A stretch of DNA of 64,000 bases, taken from Eledone cirrhosa (lineage: Eukaryota). The translations under genes were made by a program, and so were the position numbers. Shown in pieces: positions 44,887 to 57,924 of the stretch. The notes beneath the pieces were generated by a model. The model was not told the DNA's origin. It ran no database searches and worked only from the letters and a program-made list of their open reading frames with translations. The stretch lies in assembly GCA_964016885.1 (NCBI GenBank), contig OZ024742.1:205840001-205904000 (forward strand), read 5' to 3'. Numbering within the stretch: position 1 is the first letter of the stretch; every line of letters starts with the position of its first letter.

Positions 44887-46519
44887 TAGAAATATGTTTC
44901 ATCTGAAAAATTATAGTATTCACATTAATTATTTAAATTATTCAAATGTTGGTAATTTATCAAACATTATCCTATAAAAAAAAATCATGAATCATTCAAT
45001 AGGTAAGTTCTTAGAATTCCAATATGGCAGATTTGGTCCCAATTTTCACATACATTAACATGGATTTGGAATTTAGATTAGTGTTGTTTTTGTTTAGTTA
45101 TTTATTTAATCACAGTTAAGTAGAGGTGAAAAGTTCTTAAAGAAGAAAGATTTGCCTATTTAATAAATGACCAAAAATAAAAGAAAATAAACATAGTAAA
45201 AAAAGTATGAAAAAGAAAAATGAAAAAGTTGGACAAATCACATAAAATTGTTGTTCAGGTTTACATTTTTTTTAATCTTAAAGTAATTAGCTTTGAAAAA
45301 GAATGCCTTTCTCTTCTCATCAGATTTGGCTACATGAAAGATATATAGGTTCTAGGAAAGAGTCACTTTAACTAGTTAGGCACCAGTGTTTCTGGAATGA
45401 GGGATGTAGACAAAAGTTCACTCATAAATGACATAATTGAAACAAAATGAACACAAAATTTGGTACTTAAGACTAACAACGGCCAGTGAAGCTTTATTTA
45501 CAACATTCTGTTTCATAGCTAAAATAAATGATTTCTGTTCCTTTGCAAAGAATCTGAATAATTTTCTGAGATTTATTCCAAACCAACTTATGATTACAAG
45601 GCTGTTTCTACTTCAAGTTCTTTACCTGACAACCTATTAGTAATGAAAAACATAGTAAATGCAGAGAACCACATTCATAACATTTTTGCACAACCACAGG
45701 AACCATCAAAGTATGAATTCCATCCAGGTTTCAAGTGTTTAAAACCAGAAGAAAGCTCTTAGTATATTAATCAGTTCTTCAAAACAATAAGACAGCTTTT
45801 ATACTAGTCATGGGCAAACTGTGGCCTGCATGCCTAATTTCAAAATTGCCTTGAATTTTTTAGTAGTGTAGTGCACCTTATAATGGCTACATCCTATGCA
45901 GTGCATTGCTTGAAAAAGGTTGCACATGTCTACTATATATGGCTGCTTGACTAGCTAGAAATAGCAAACAAATCTCCTTCAGATCATGCCCCACTATTTA
46001 AAAAAAAAGAAAGAACACATTGGAGAATGTAGTCTTAGATATACAAGTAACAGAATATTTACAGCTGGAATGCAATTGACCAGGGCTGTCATGGGGCTAA
46101 ACAACAACAAACCAATCATTTCTTTGGAAAGACCACATAGCTTAGATCAAATAATAATTGAACTGAAGAGAAAGAGTGAAAAATCTTTATCAACAGTGCA
46201 GTAGATAAGATGTTGGCATTCAAATGTGGAGTAAACAGTTTCATTCTTGGGAATTCTTTCTTTTACATTCTGCATAAGATCCAAGTTATCAGCCTACTGA
46301 AAACTGGTTACATTAAATTGTTTTTAGTCAAACCACTATATTCAAGCCATCACTGTCTTTCAATAGAAAAAACAAAGTTTCTTTTTGCAGTAGTGTTTAC
46401 TACAAATATGTATACATCATATATATGAATATTATATATATACATTATATTACATGGTTTAACCTGCCATTCAAGCCATTATAATACTTCTTACTCTAGT
46501 CTGTCTTAAGCCAGAAGGC

Positions 46520-46776
46520 TCGTTAGGCCGGTTTATCCTGGTTTCATGGCGTGGAATGACTAAGAATACAAGACCTCCCCTTGGACAGGACGCCAGTCCA
46601 GCGCAGGGTTAAACCCCTAGCTATTGCTGTTACTCATTTTCAGCTGAGTATATTGGAGCAACGTGAAATGAAGTGTTTTGCTCAAGAACACAACACGCAC
46701 CCCAGTCCAGGAATTAAACCCACAACATTTTGATCGTAAGTCCAACACATGTACCACTAGGCCATGCGCCTCCACT
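46520..46776 (-). mobile_element. tRNA-derived SINE with family-B core and a different tail
   Basis: Revcomp head GGAGGCGCATGGCCTAGTGGT and core TTCTTGAGCAAAACACTTCATTTCACGTTGCTCC. Confidence 0.75.
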
Positions 46777-49571
46777 TTAACCCACATTTATTTTCATTCT
46801 GTCATTCTAACACATTCTTTCCATATTTATTACTTGGTTTAAGTGTGACATTCTGCCACTCCAACAATTTTACTTCTATTGTCACTCATTCTCTATTTGT
46901 ATCATAACAGACTTTTACTCCTGTTGTGACAGCAAATAAATACATGAAGCTCCTTATTACATGTAGATGAAAATCCCAATTAGGATCACATTATTACATC
47001 AAAGACAACATGAGCTTTTTGTAGGTAAATTTTCCATGATTTAATATAAGAAACTTTTAAGATTAATATTATGGAATTCGAGTTCACTCACAAATCACTA
47101 AAATTATTTTGATTGCTAGAGAACGCAAAATATCTTTCATATTAACATACATTTTCCAGATTCAGTCTCATTGGATAGGTTTTCTATAGCCTCAACATCG
47201 TGGATATGTGTCTTTTATATCCTTAAGCTAGATTCAGAATGACTAATAGTAGTGGTGGTTTCTTTAGTAGGAAGTGAGATTTGATGGTTAAATACACTGG
47301 TTCTGTTTCTGTCACATACATGAGTGTCCATGAAACATATACACATACACAAGGTCTGAACACAAAAAAAACAAACTTCCAGTCACTGCTTCCGTCTCTA
47401 CTGCTCTCCCCATCTCTGACTATATGAGTAAACGAAGGCTCACATGCTGGCCAACCTGCAGCTCCAGCATACAGAATGGAGGTGTTTCCGTGGAGGTGTT
47501 CAATAATTTGATTTAAATTTGATAAACAGAAACTGTGCAGAAGTATAAACTAATAACCATTATTGAGCTTCATGGTTTAATACTAAAAATAGAAAAAAAG
47601 TTATATTTACTCTGATACTAATATTTATATCTTTATTAGGATATGCCAAATCTATCCTACTATATTCTATTATAACATGCAGCATATCAAACATTTTCAA
47701 ATTTAGGCATACAAAAAACTGCCATGTATGATAACACAATATACAATACTATAGCACAATATACATACCATACAATAGTATACTATATTAGTTTCCCCAC
47801 AATGTGAGGTACTATTGTATTATCACACATATTTTTTAATGATTATTGCAGTAGTAATGAGCTAACAATATTTAACCTAGATTCTCATAGTCTATCTTAT
47901 GTTTATGCTTCCACTTCCAGTTATTAGTGACCCTATCTTCTAAAGGAAACCCCTCACCAAATGAAGAGAATAACATTTGCAAAGGATCGTATATCTACTG
48001 AAAAATGGCATCACGATTCCAAGATTGATATTCCAAGATTGATAGAAATGTTTTAGTTTAAGACATGCCTCGTCACAACGTACAATGCCTATATATATTT
48101 ACATTTATTTCACTTCAAAAACAATCTCCCCCCCCCCCCTCTCTCTCTCACTCACTCACTCTCTACAATGATGATGATGATGATATATATATGTATACAC
48201 ACACACACACACATATATTTATATATGTATTATATATGTATTATTATTGCTGTTCTTAGTAATGATGATAATAATCATAGTGATGATGAAGTGAGCATTT
48301 TTCCTTTGTTTCCTTGGCAAATATTTAAACCAAAGTTGATACTTTAAGATCATGCAACATGAATCCAGTATGTACAACATATTATATCATACAAACACAT
48401 TAACACACAGTAATACATACACATACACATATACAAAAACACAAACACAATCACACACATACACACAACTTTTCCAGCTTGACTTCCCTTATATTTTGCT
48501 TTTAGTTTTTTTCTAATGAAATATTGCTTGTTTTCCTGTCATTCTTTGGCAGCTATTTCTTTCTTACTGCATGTTCTATGCCAGCATGATCCCTTCCGCT
48601 CTCACAAAGCATGCATGTGAGCCATTTGTATCAATGATAACATATCCATTGCTTCAACTGAATAGGAAATAAATTGTGATATTTTAGAATGTTAACAATA
48701 TAATAATACACACACACATACACAGACAGTCTTAATATAAGGCTGTATATTTAAGATATTGTTTTCTCTAGCATTTTCTATTGTTAAGTGATTTTTACTT
48801 TTTGAGTAAATGGCAAATTTCAGCTTGAAATACAACATGGTCTCTATTGTCATAGACCAATGTGTTCTTGTATGTGTATGTGTGTGCAAAAAAGAAGCAC
48901 ACATATGTACTTACTTTATACCCACACACACCCATACACATGTATATATATATAGATATACTTGTACATATATGTATGTATGTATCTACATAGAGCATAC
49001 ACATATGTGTGTAGGTATATATATATATATATATATATATTTGTCACTACATCTAATTGTTATAAATTGATAGAAAAGCTCCAGGAAGAATAAATATTTG
49101 TTTAAAGATCTTTTAAACATTTCTCCATGAAGACATATTAGTTATTGTTGAATCACTGGTGTTAAACAGTCTCAAGCTAGGCTCATACTTTGTTTGGTGA
49201 CAGCTTGGTCAAAACAACAATAAAAAATAATTGATGAATGATTTAAGTATATTTCAATTTTTTTATTTTAGATAACAAATATGTTAAACTGTTCTTGCAG
49301 AGCACATAAGAACAGACATCAATATCTAGAATATTCTTTTGGTTATCAACTCGTAATAATGGCACCATAATAGTAGCCAATTATTCCTCAAATCATATCT
49401 TACCATCTTTAAACAAAGCAATGATGGGTGTAGTGAACAATTTAATTCTGCATATTCAAAAGAAAAGGTGTGGGGGCATGATCACAGCTGGATCCTCTTT
49501 GAACATAGCTCTGCTTGATCAGGGCTAAATAATAACTAACTTGTCATCACCACCGTCGCTGTCTTCTTCTT

Positions 49572-49602
<31 letters not shown>

Positions 49603-50059
49603 GGAGGGTTGTGGGGTAAGGTCCTCAAGTACTCCTTCCAGCAGGCCTTGTCAGAAGCAACTATCTCCAATTGACACGGTTTTATATCGTCTTCTTTGAT
49701 CATAATTCTGCTTGATCAGGGCTAAACAATAACTAATTACTCAACAAAACAAATTAGTTGCAGTAATGTATTTCAGAAAGAAAAGTCTCTTGTTTATTCT
49801 TTGGAACTAAAAATATAAAGGCTCTTTAATCTTGTTAATAGCATTTTGTTTTTTGTATTTATAATTGAATTAAAATTTAGGTAGAGGATTCGATCTTGGC
49901 ACTGTAAACTACCACTCAACTGCTTTCCAACCAAATGTCTTCATTAGTTGCTTACACCATTCAATGTATATATTAAATCCCTATCAACAAATCTTACCAT
50001 CTTTATAATGATATTTTATGTCTTAAAGGTCATGACAACACATCTACAATAAAAAAATA

Positions 50060-50360
50060 ATATATATGCAAATCCTGCTTGGCATCACCTTATGTGACAG
50101 AAAGAAAAACATCTGGATTAGGACATAATCAAGGCCATAAAGAAGGGCAAACATAGATGGGCTGGCCATGTCTTTTGTCTCAGAGACAACAGGTGGACTA
50201 TTAGAGTGAGAGAGTGAACACCAAGGTAAGATGGCATGATGATCTGACTCAATACCTCAGCCCTACATGGTCCAGTATAGCCAGAGATAGGAAGCAGTGA
50301 AGGTCAACCAGGGAGAGGCTCCTCCAACAGGAGTGGGGAGGCCTTGGATTTGGATAATAG
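50060..50360 (+). mobile_element. Short degenerate RTE-X-like 3' fragment
   Basis: K.RWAGHV...DNRWT.RV.E*.PR motif. Confidence 0.6.
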
Positions 50361-50656
50361 CCACAGTTAAGAACATAGCCAAACAGAACAAAGTATTTTA
50401 TTAATCACCATCGTATAGTTGAGCACAACAACAAAATTCAGATTTCAGATAGTTCAACATTCTCTGACTTTCTTTCATCAGCTGCTCTGCTGTCAAGTTA
50501 GTTGGGCAGGGATAGTTCCGCACTTTGCACAGGATTCAGTAATATGTCAGTGATGGACAAATGGGATGAATCGCTAAATGAATGGATAGATGAATGGACA
50601 GTTGAATCACTGGATATATGGATGGATCAATTTATGTGTGTATGTATGTATGTATG

Positions 50657-52728
50657 TTCTTCTAGTTTTATAATTTCACAAATTTTTATCAATAGAGAGA
50701 GAGTCGGTTTCTAACATAGACACAAGACTCTCTCATTGGAATTTACACATCAACTAGGTAGATTATGTATGCACACCTGCATGCATGTGTAGATATGGAT
50801 GTTATTGTATGTGTGGATGTGTATATTTTGAGTTGTATGTGTGCATGTGTATATGCTTTGTATCTGTACAGATACAAAGCATATACACATGCACACATGC
50901 ATCTAATAACTGTATATGCAGTTATTAGATGCAAAATTTTTGGAATGTTTTACATATTTTTACTGTTCCATTAATGGATTTTATTTGTAATTTCCTAACT
51001 AGTTGTGTTCTTTCTGTTCCTGTGAAGCCTAGCTTCTCAAGATTTGTATTGAGGCAGTTATTAACATACTCCAGTGCCCCAATAATCACAGGCATAAATC
51101 TGAAGGTGTAATCAGGGCGGAGTATCTGCAGATTTCTCATCAGTTCTGCATAAATATTCTCCTTTTCGCTAATCTTTGATATTATATTGGCATCTGCTGG
51201 GCAGCTAACTTCCACTATTGTGCATGCTTTCTTTTCTGTGTCCCATATCATAATATCTGGTCTGTTATGCCTGCATTTTATTGGGGTTTTTACTGGAACA
51301 TTCCACCAGTACTCTTTCATATTATGTATATGGATGTCTTCCACATTGCTGTAGCTTTTAATGTGTTTATTATCGGGGCTATCTTTTCTACGGATTGCAT
51401 TGTACAGTGTTTTGGCCACTACATCATGCCTCATAGGTAGATAGTACTGCGATGGCATCTTTGGACAACTGCTTATGACATGGGTGACATCTTCGATGTT
51501 AGTTCTGCAGAGTCTGCACTTGTTATCACATCTAGGTGTTTTGCCTGCATCCCTATCTCTTTTGGGAATCAGGTATTTCGTGTTAATTTCCTGTTCTTGG
51601 ATTGCAAAAGCGTATCCTTTAAAGTGGGAGCCAATATAGTGGTTGTTGGTCCAAGATAGACTACTTTCCTTATCTATATTACTCTCATTCTGGAGCTTCC
51701 TGGCAACATATCCATGCATGATTTTTTGCTGATAAGCATGCAGTTTTTCACCCATGGATTCACTGCGATATTACTGAGCGACTTCCCTGGGTGTGAGTTT
51801 TTGATTATCACACAGGGAATATCTGTTGAGGAGTTCCTTCCCAACTCTCATGATCTTATCTGTTTCGTGCAGATAGACTTGTTCGAGAGACGGGCTCCTA
51901 CGCTTCGAGGTTCGTAGATGTTGTCAGAGAGATATGATGCGACATTCAAATGCTGTCTGGACTGATGTTAGGCCTCTGCCTCCCTGCTTATGTTTCAAGT
52001 AAAGGCGGTCTATGTCACTATTGATGTGGATGTTTCCGGTGTTATTTAGTGTTTTTCGAGTTTTAACATCAACTGCTCGGATTTCATCTATCGTCCAATT
52101 GAGTATTTCAAACGTTGGTGTTAGGACAGGCACAGCAAACACATTGTGAGCCACTGTTTTGTTTTGCGCAGAGAGTTCTGATGACCAAATCTTTCTTAAT
52201 TGGGTGTAGCCAATGGTTACGCATTCCTTATTACAGATACCATTATAGGATATGTTCTCATCTATCCCCAGGTATCTGTAGCACATTTCTTGAGCAGAAA
52301 GGACAAGGGGTTTAATGACAGGATGAATAATATCACAGAGAGTCTGTCTCCCTGAAATATACCCTTGCAATATTTTATTTTATCAGTGAAAATAGAGTCC
52401 TCATTCTCTGTCTTTAACCTTAGGATAGTAGCCCAAAAAGAAGACAGCCTCTCTATGGCTCTGACAATAATGTCTGGGACTTTAGCAAGTTGGAGGGCCT
52501 CTATCATCCAAGATTGGGGAACAGAATTGAAAGCTTTCCTGTAATCCAGCCAGACTGTAGCCATATTCCTCCTAGGTTGTCGCACCTCCGACATCGCAGT
52601 TTTGTTGATTTGGAGTTGTTCAGCACATCCCCAAACCCCTTTCTTTCCAGCTGCTTATTCATCTGTAATGATGTTATTACTTTCACAGTGATCTTGGCAG
52701 AATAGGTTCAGGCAGGCTGTATACATCT

Positions 52729-52730
<2 letters not shown>
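50657..52730 (-). mobile_element. 5'-truncated R4/Dong-clade RLE non-LTR retrotransposon #1
   Basis: WLDYRKAFNSVP, GIFQGD.LS, YLG, GGRGL, CRLC..THVISSC, RHD, NRPDI and VEV...K..Y. Both ends abut (TATG)n. Confidence 0.9.
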
Positions 52731-52760
<30 letters not shown>

Positions 52761-52889
52761 TGTATGTATGTATGTATGTATGTATGTATGTATGTATGGA
52801 TGCATGCATGTATGTATGTATGTATGTATGTATATATGTATGTTTATATGAATGTGTGCATGTATGTATATGTGTGCATGTATATGTAT

Positions 52890-54663
52890 GTTTCTCGTTC
52901 TCTTAATTTCAAGTACATTTTTGACCGGCTATCTTCCTAGTGGCAAGGTTGCAAAAGAAAAAAAATTATCACCCCTTGAATCGCCAGAATGTTTTGCAAA
53001 TTTTGAAGGTGCCACCTATCATAGTCTATGAATTAGGGAGCTGCGCTCTCTGTCCACAAATCCAAGTTCAGTTATACTTTGGTCCAAGAAGGCTGGTGTA
53101 TAACCTGTAGCTCCAATAATGATGGGTACGAAGCTGAAGGTGTATCTTGGATACTGGATCTGCAAACTTCTCATCAATGGTCTGTAGATGTCCTCCTCTT
53201 GTATTTTTCTTACAACGTTGACATCAAGTGGGCAGCTGATCTCTACAACAGAACACGTTTTCAATGTGTGGTCCCAAACAACAATATCAGGCCAGTTGTG
53301 TTTTAATTTGGTGGCAGTTTTTATTTTCAGGTTTCACCAGTATTCTTTAGTGCCATCTGTCTCAACATATTCCTTATCATTTTTTTAAAATCTTGTTTTC
53401 CTAAGTGTGCTCCAGATGGTTCTAACTATCACATAGTGTCTCATAGGGAGGTAGTAGTGAGATGACATTCTTTCGCAGTTGGCAACAATTTGGCTAACAT
53501 CTTCGATCTTTGTTTTACAAAGCCTACATTTATTGTCGACTGATGGCCCTCCTCTTTTGTGTAGCAAATATTTGGTGGGGATTTCTTGTTCTTGCATTGC
53601 ATAGAGATATCCTTCACGGTGGGATGTCATAAACTTGTTGGAACTCCATGCCAGGCTCTTTGGATGATTTATCCCCTCTATATACCCATGCACAACTTTC
53701 TCTGTAAATTGGTCTATTTTTTAACCTGTTTGAACATTGAATAAGATCTTCCAATTTCCTTGGGAGAGAGATCTATATCAGGCCTTATTCCATATCTCTC
53801 CTCCAGATTAGTGGCTATCCTAATGATATTATTTACTTCATGTAGATTGGCAGTATCAGTAGAGCGTTGAACAAGATGCTTTGCAGCATAGTTACAGCTC
53901 TTTACAGTTTGAGTTCAAATCCCGCTGAGGTTAACTTTGCCTTTCATCATTATGGGGTCGATAAAATAAAGTACCAGTAATGCACTGGGATAATTGCTGG
54001 CCTTGTGCCAAAAGTAGAAACAATTGTTTCCTTCATGTTCATAGATCCGGACAAGATAGTTGCTGACCTTTTCCTTCTGCTGAAGATGTTGCTTCAGTGT
54101 GACTATTCTGGTCTCGTATGATGTTAATATAGATTTTAGACCCCGGCCACCTTCCTTATGTGAGAAGTATAGCTTATCCACATCACCATTGATGTTGAAG
54201 TTTCCAGTAACACTGAGAAGCTTGCGAGTTCTTACATCCATCTCACTTAGTTCTTTCAATGACCAGTTCAGCAGGCTAAATGTTGGTGTTAGGATTGGCA
54301 CAACATAAGTATTGTGAGCAATGTATTTGTTGCACGCTGATAGTTCTGATGACCATATTTTCTTTACTCTCCGCAGGTATTCAGTTCAGGTTTTCTCCTT
54401 ATATATGGGTCCATCATATCTGACATTCTCATCCTGTTCAAGATATCTGTAGTTGTCACCTGACTGTAGAGGTTGTATTGTCAAGCCGTTCATCTCTAGA
54501 TTTTCAGAGGAGGGCACAAAACCTTCCACGTTTCACTGTCAAATATGCACATTTGGACTCATCAAATTTTATTCTGATATCTGCGGAAAATTGTGTAATG
54601 AGGTCCAATTGTTTTTTAATATAGTTGATATTTGGCCCATACAACTTCAGATCATCAACAAAG
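52890..54663 (-). mobile_element. 5'-truncated R4/Dong-clade element #2, interrupted by a family A SINE at about 53843-54024
   Basis: FVDDLKLY, GGRGLKS, CRLCK, YLPMRH and VEISCPLD. Both ends abut TATG repeats. The SINE is flanked by TTT(A/C)CTTCATGT. Confidence 0.88.
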
Positions 54664-54675
54664 ATGTATGTATGT

Positions 54676-55384
54676 ATCAACATCACCCTTTTACGTCCGT
54701 TCTTCCACGCTAACATGGGTTAGACGGGTTGTCCTGTTGTGGGCAGTGTCCAGTCGGATGACCTTGTCCTGCTCATACAGGAACTGATTCTGGCTTGATT
54801 TCTACAGCTGGATGCCCTTCCTAACACTAATCTCATTTACAGTGAGTGGTGGGAGCTTTTTTTCCGTGGTGTCTTCACGTCCACTTTACAGTGTGGCCTG
54901 GGTGCTTTTTTGTCGTGGCACCTCCACGACCACTTCGCAGTGGGAGGAGGTGGGGGCATATTGTCTATAAGCTTCAGCTTCGGTTTGTACCCGTGGGAAG
55001 TCGGGTCTTCTGTATTACTGTGGGACGCCAGAGGTCACAGTCCTGTGTCACTGCCCTTGAGAGGTACAATTGGGTAAGGTCGGCTTTTATCACCTCATCC
55101 TAGGTCTTCTTGGGTCTCCCCACTCCACAGCTTCCATCGACTTCTAGTGCTCTGCACCTTTTAATGCAGCTGTCATCCTTCATACGCATCACATGTCCAT
55201 ACCAATGCAACCTCCTCTCCTGCACACAGCATTTGATTCCTCTTATGCTCAGTCTCTCTCTCAACTCATTTATGCTTTGCCGTTCATGTATATTACTATT
55301 ACACATCCATTGGAGCATGCAAGTTTCATTTCTTTCTAATCTACACAAGTCTTCTACAGACAGCACCCAGTTCTCACTACCATT
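54676..55384 (-). mobile_element. RTE-clade LINE 3' fragment, same family as 30700-31523
   Basis: LERNETCMLQWMC...RRLHWYGHVMR...GRPKKT and a matching UTR. Confidence 0.85.
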
Positions 55385-55467
55385 TATGTATGTATGTATT
55401 AGCCATTAGAGAAAGCAAATGCTTCACCTTCGATCCTAGGATGACTCAAGAAGAAGTATATATATAT

Positions 55468-55860
55468 ATCATCATCATCATCATCACCGTTTTACGTCTG
55501 TTCTTCCACGCTAGCATGGGTTAGATGGCTTGACCTGTTGTGGGCAGTGTCCGGTCGGCTGACCTTGTCTTGCTCATACGGGAACTGATTCTGGCTTGAT
55601 TTCTACAGCTGTATGCCCTTCCTAACACCAACCTCATTTACAGTGAGTGCTGGGTGCTTTTTTTTTTTCCGCGGCACCTACACCTCCACTTTGCAGTGGA
55701 ATGATAGGGACCCCAGTCCTATCATCTCATTTCTACAGCTGAGTAAACTGGAGCAATATGAAATAAAGTGTCTTGCTCAAAGAAACAACACATCACCCCG
55801 TCTGGGAATTGAACTCCGATTGCAAGCCCAATGCTCTAACCACTAAGCCATGTGCCTTCA
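55468..55860 (-). mobile_element. SINE family B with RTE tail
   Basis: Reverse complement of the 43199-43530 organisation, with a (CAT)n tail. Confidence 0.85.
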
Positions 55861-55893
55861 CTAGCCTTCACAACCACTAAGCCATGAGCCTTC

Positions 55894-55924
<31 letters not shown>

Positions 55925-55959
55925 TATTGAAGTTTGCTTGAAGCATTGTGGAATAATAA

Positions 55960-56461
55960 GGTAAATTTCTTTAAGTCGTTTGGAAGCCTTGACAATGCAA
56001 ATGGGTAAATCTCCGGGTAACAAGATCCGGTGGTGGAGAGAGAGATGTAAGTGGGTGTACGTTGAGATGCGTGGCGTGTATAAGACATGTAGAGGAATGA
56101 AGAAAAGAGCGTAAAGGATAAAAATAAAAATAACAACATATTCAAAACAACGAACAGCGGAGGACACATTTCGCACCTTTCCGACAGACAACCTTTCCCT
56201 CACCCCGGAAAAACCCCCAGTTGATGGATGTGAATCCGAAATATATAGGGACAATTAAATCTCTCCCAAGGTAACTCTCTCGTGTTGTTATTTTTATTTT
56301 TATCCTTTACGCTCTTTCCTTCATTCCTCTACACGTCTTATACACGCCACGCATCTCAACGTACACCCACTTACATCTCTCTCTCCACCACCGGATCTTT
56401 TTACCCGGAGATTTACCCATTTGCATTGTCGAGGCTTCCAAACGACTTAAAGAAATTTACC
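55960..56461. repeat. 179-bp inverted repeat with 144-bp spacer, between (TA)n tracts
   Basis: 55960-56138 is the near-perfect reverse complement of 56283-56461. Confidence 0.92.
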
Positions 56462-56492
<31 letters not shown>

Positions 56493-56884
56493 TAAGAGCA
56501 ACCTATTATTATGACTCAGGATCACTCTTCTCCAAAGCAGAAACAGAGATCTTTATAAGGTGACCTTCCTTTGTAGCTAAACATTTAAGTAGAGTGAGAT
56601 TATCAAAACATGCAGGTCCTGGTTATATATCAATACCTGAATATCAAACATAGGTGGTAGGAAAATTTAAAAAGCCATCACCCAAATTACTTTATTTTCA
56701 GGCATACTATACCCTGCCCTGTGCTGTCTTTTTCTAAGATGATAGGGCATGGATGAATGAAGATTTTGTTATTATTTCTAGCAGATTGAATACCTACAGA
56801 GAGGTTCCCCAAGGGCTTAAGCAGTAGGTTGCTAGAAGTAGTACACTGTGGGACTAAATCTACTACAATATTTTATTACATCTT

Positions 56885-57100
56885 TAGGGCTGTGGATAGG
56901 CAGTATCGGTGGAGCATCGGTCAACATACTTTATGGCATAGAGTTACGGCCCTTTACGATCTGTGTTAAAATCCTGCTGAGTTTAGCTTTGCTTTTCATC
57001 CTATAAAATAAAGAAATAAAATACCGGTAATGCACTGAGGTCGATTTTAGTCGACTTTTCCATCCCCAAAATTGTTGGGCTTGTGTCTAAATTAGAAACC
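56885..57100 (+). mobile_element. SINE family A, diverged copy
   Basis: GGCAGTATCGG head, AGAGTTACGGCCC and tail CTTGTGTCTAAATTAGAAACC. Confidence 0.75.
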
Positions 57101-57924
57101 AATATTTTATGACATCTTCCAAATTCTGCCACAGTAGATTCTATTATTTCTTCATGTTGAGATTGAATGCATTGATTATATTCTTCCTTTTTTTCCTTAA
57201 GGCAAACATAAACATTTACTGGTTAGGTTAACCACTATCACTTCCACTATAACTTTGGTTTCAATCACAATAAAACAAAATAAAACTAAAATAAAAATGC
57301 ATAACAATCTATATGGTCTGGTATAGTAATTAGTAATCTGATTCATTTGGTCATAAAAGATAAAGGTTTGGTGATGGTACTTTGTGACTGACTCTTAGTT
57401 AGTGCAGAAGACATGAAATGGCTATCTTTATGATTGCTACCCCTCAAAGGTGGAGACAGTGAGTAGAAAAAACAGTGAATTGAAATATCAGAACATTTTC
57501 AGTGTCTGCGGTGAAAGGCCATCAGATAGTGCTACCTAAAATATTTCAGCATGGAAAAACAGACTAAAATAATATTGAATATATAGAGAAATATGATAAG
57601 TTAGGGCATTCAGAATGGGATCACATTCACATATGATAACAAATCAGAATCATGAAAGATTAAAGTTTAAAGCTGGGACACCAGATTCAATCTTGACTGA
57701 CATCTGAAATTTTAATTTATTTAGTGCTACTGCATAGTTCATCCCAGAAAGACATAACCAGCTATGGACATATTTATTAACAAATAAATATGTAATATAC
57801 TTGTCTATAAGATGTATGCAGTATTTGGAAGTAATAATAATAGCATTATTATTATCATCATCAGCATCATCACCACTATTATTATCATTGTTGTTGCTGT
57901 TATTAATATTATTATTGTTGTGCT

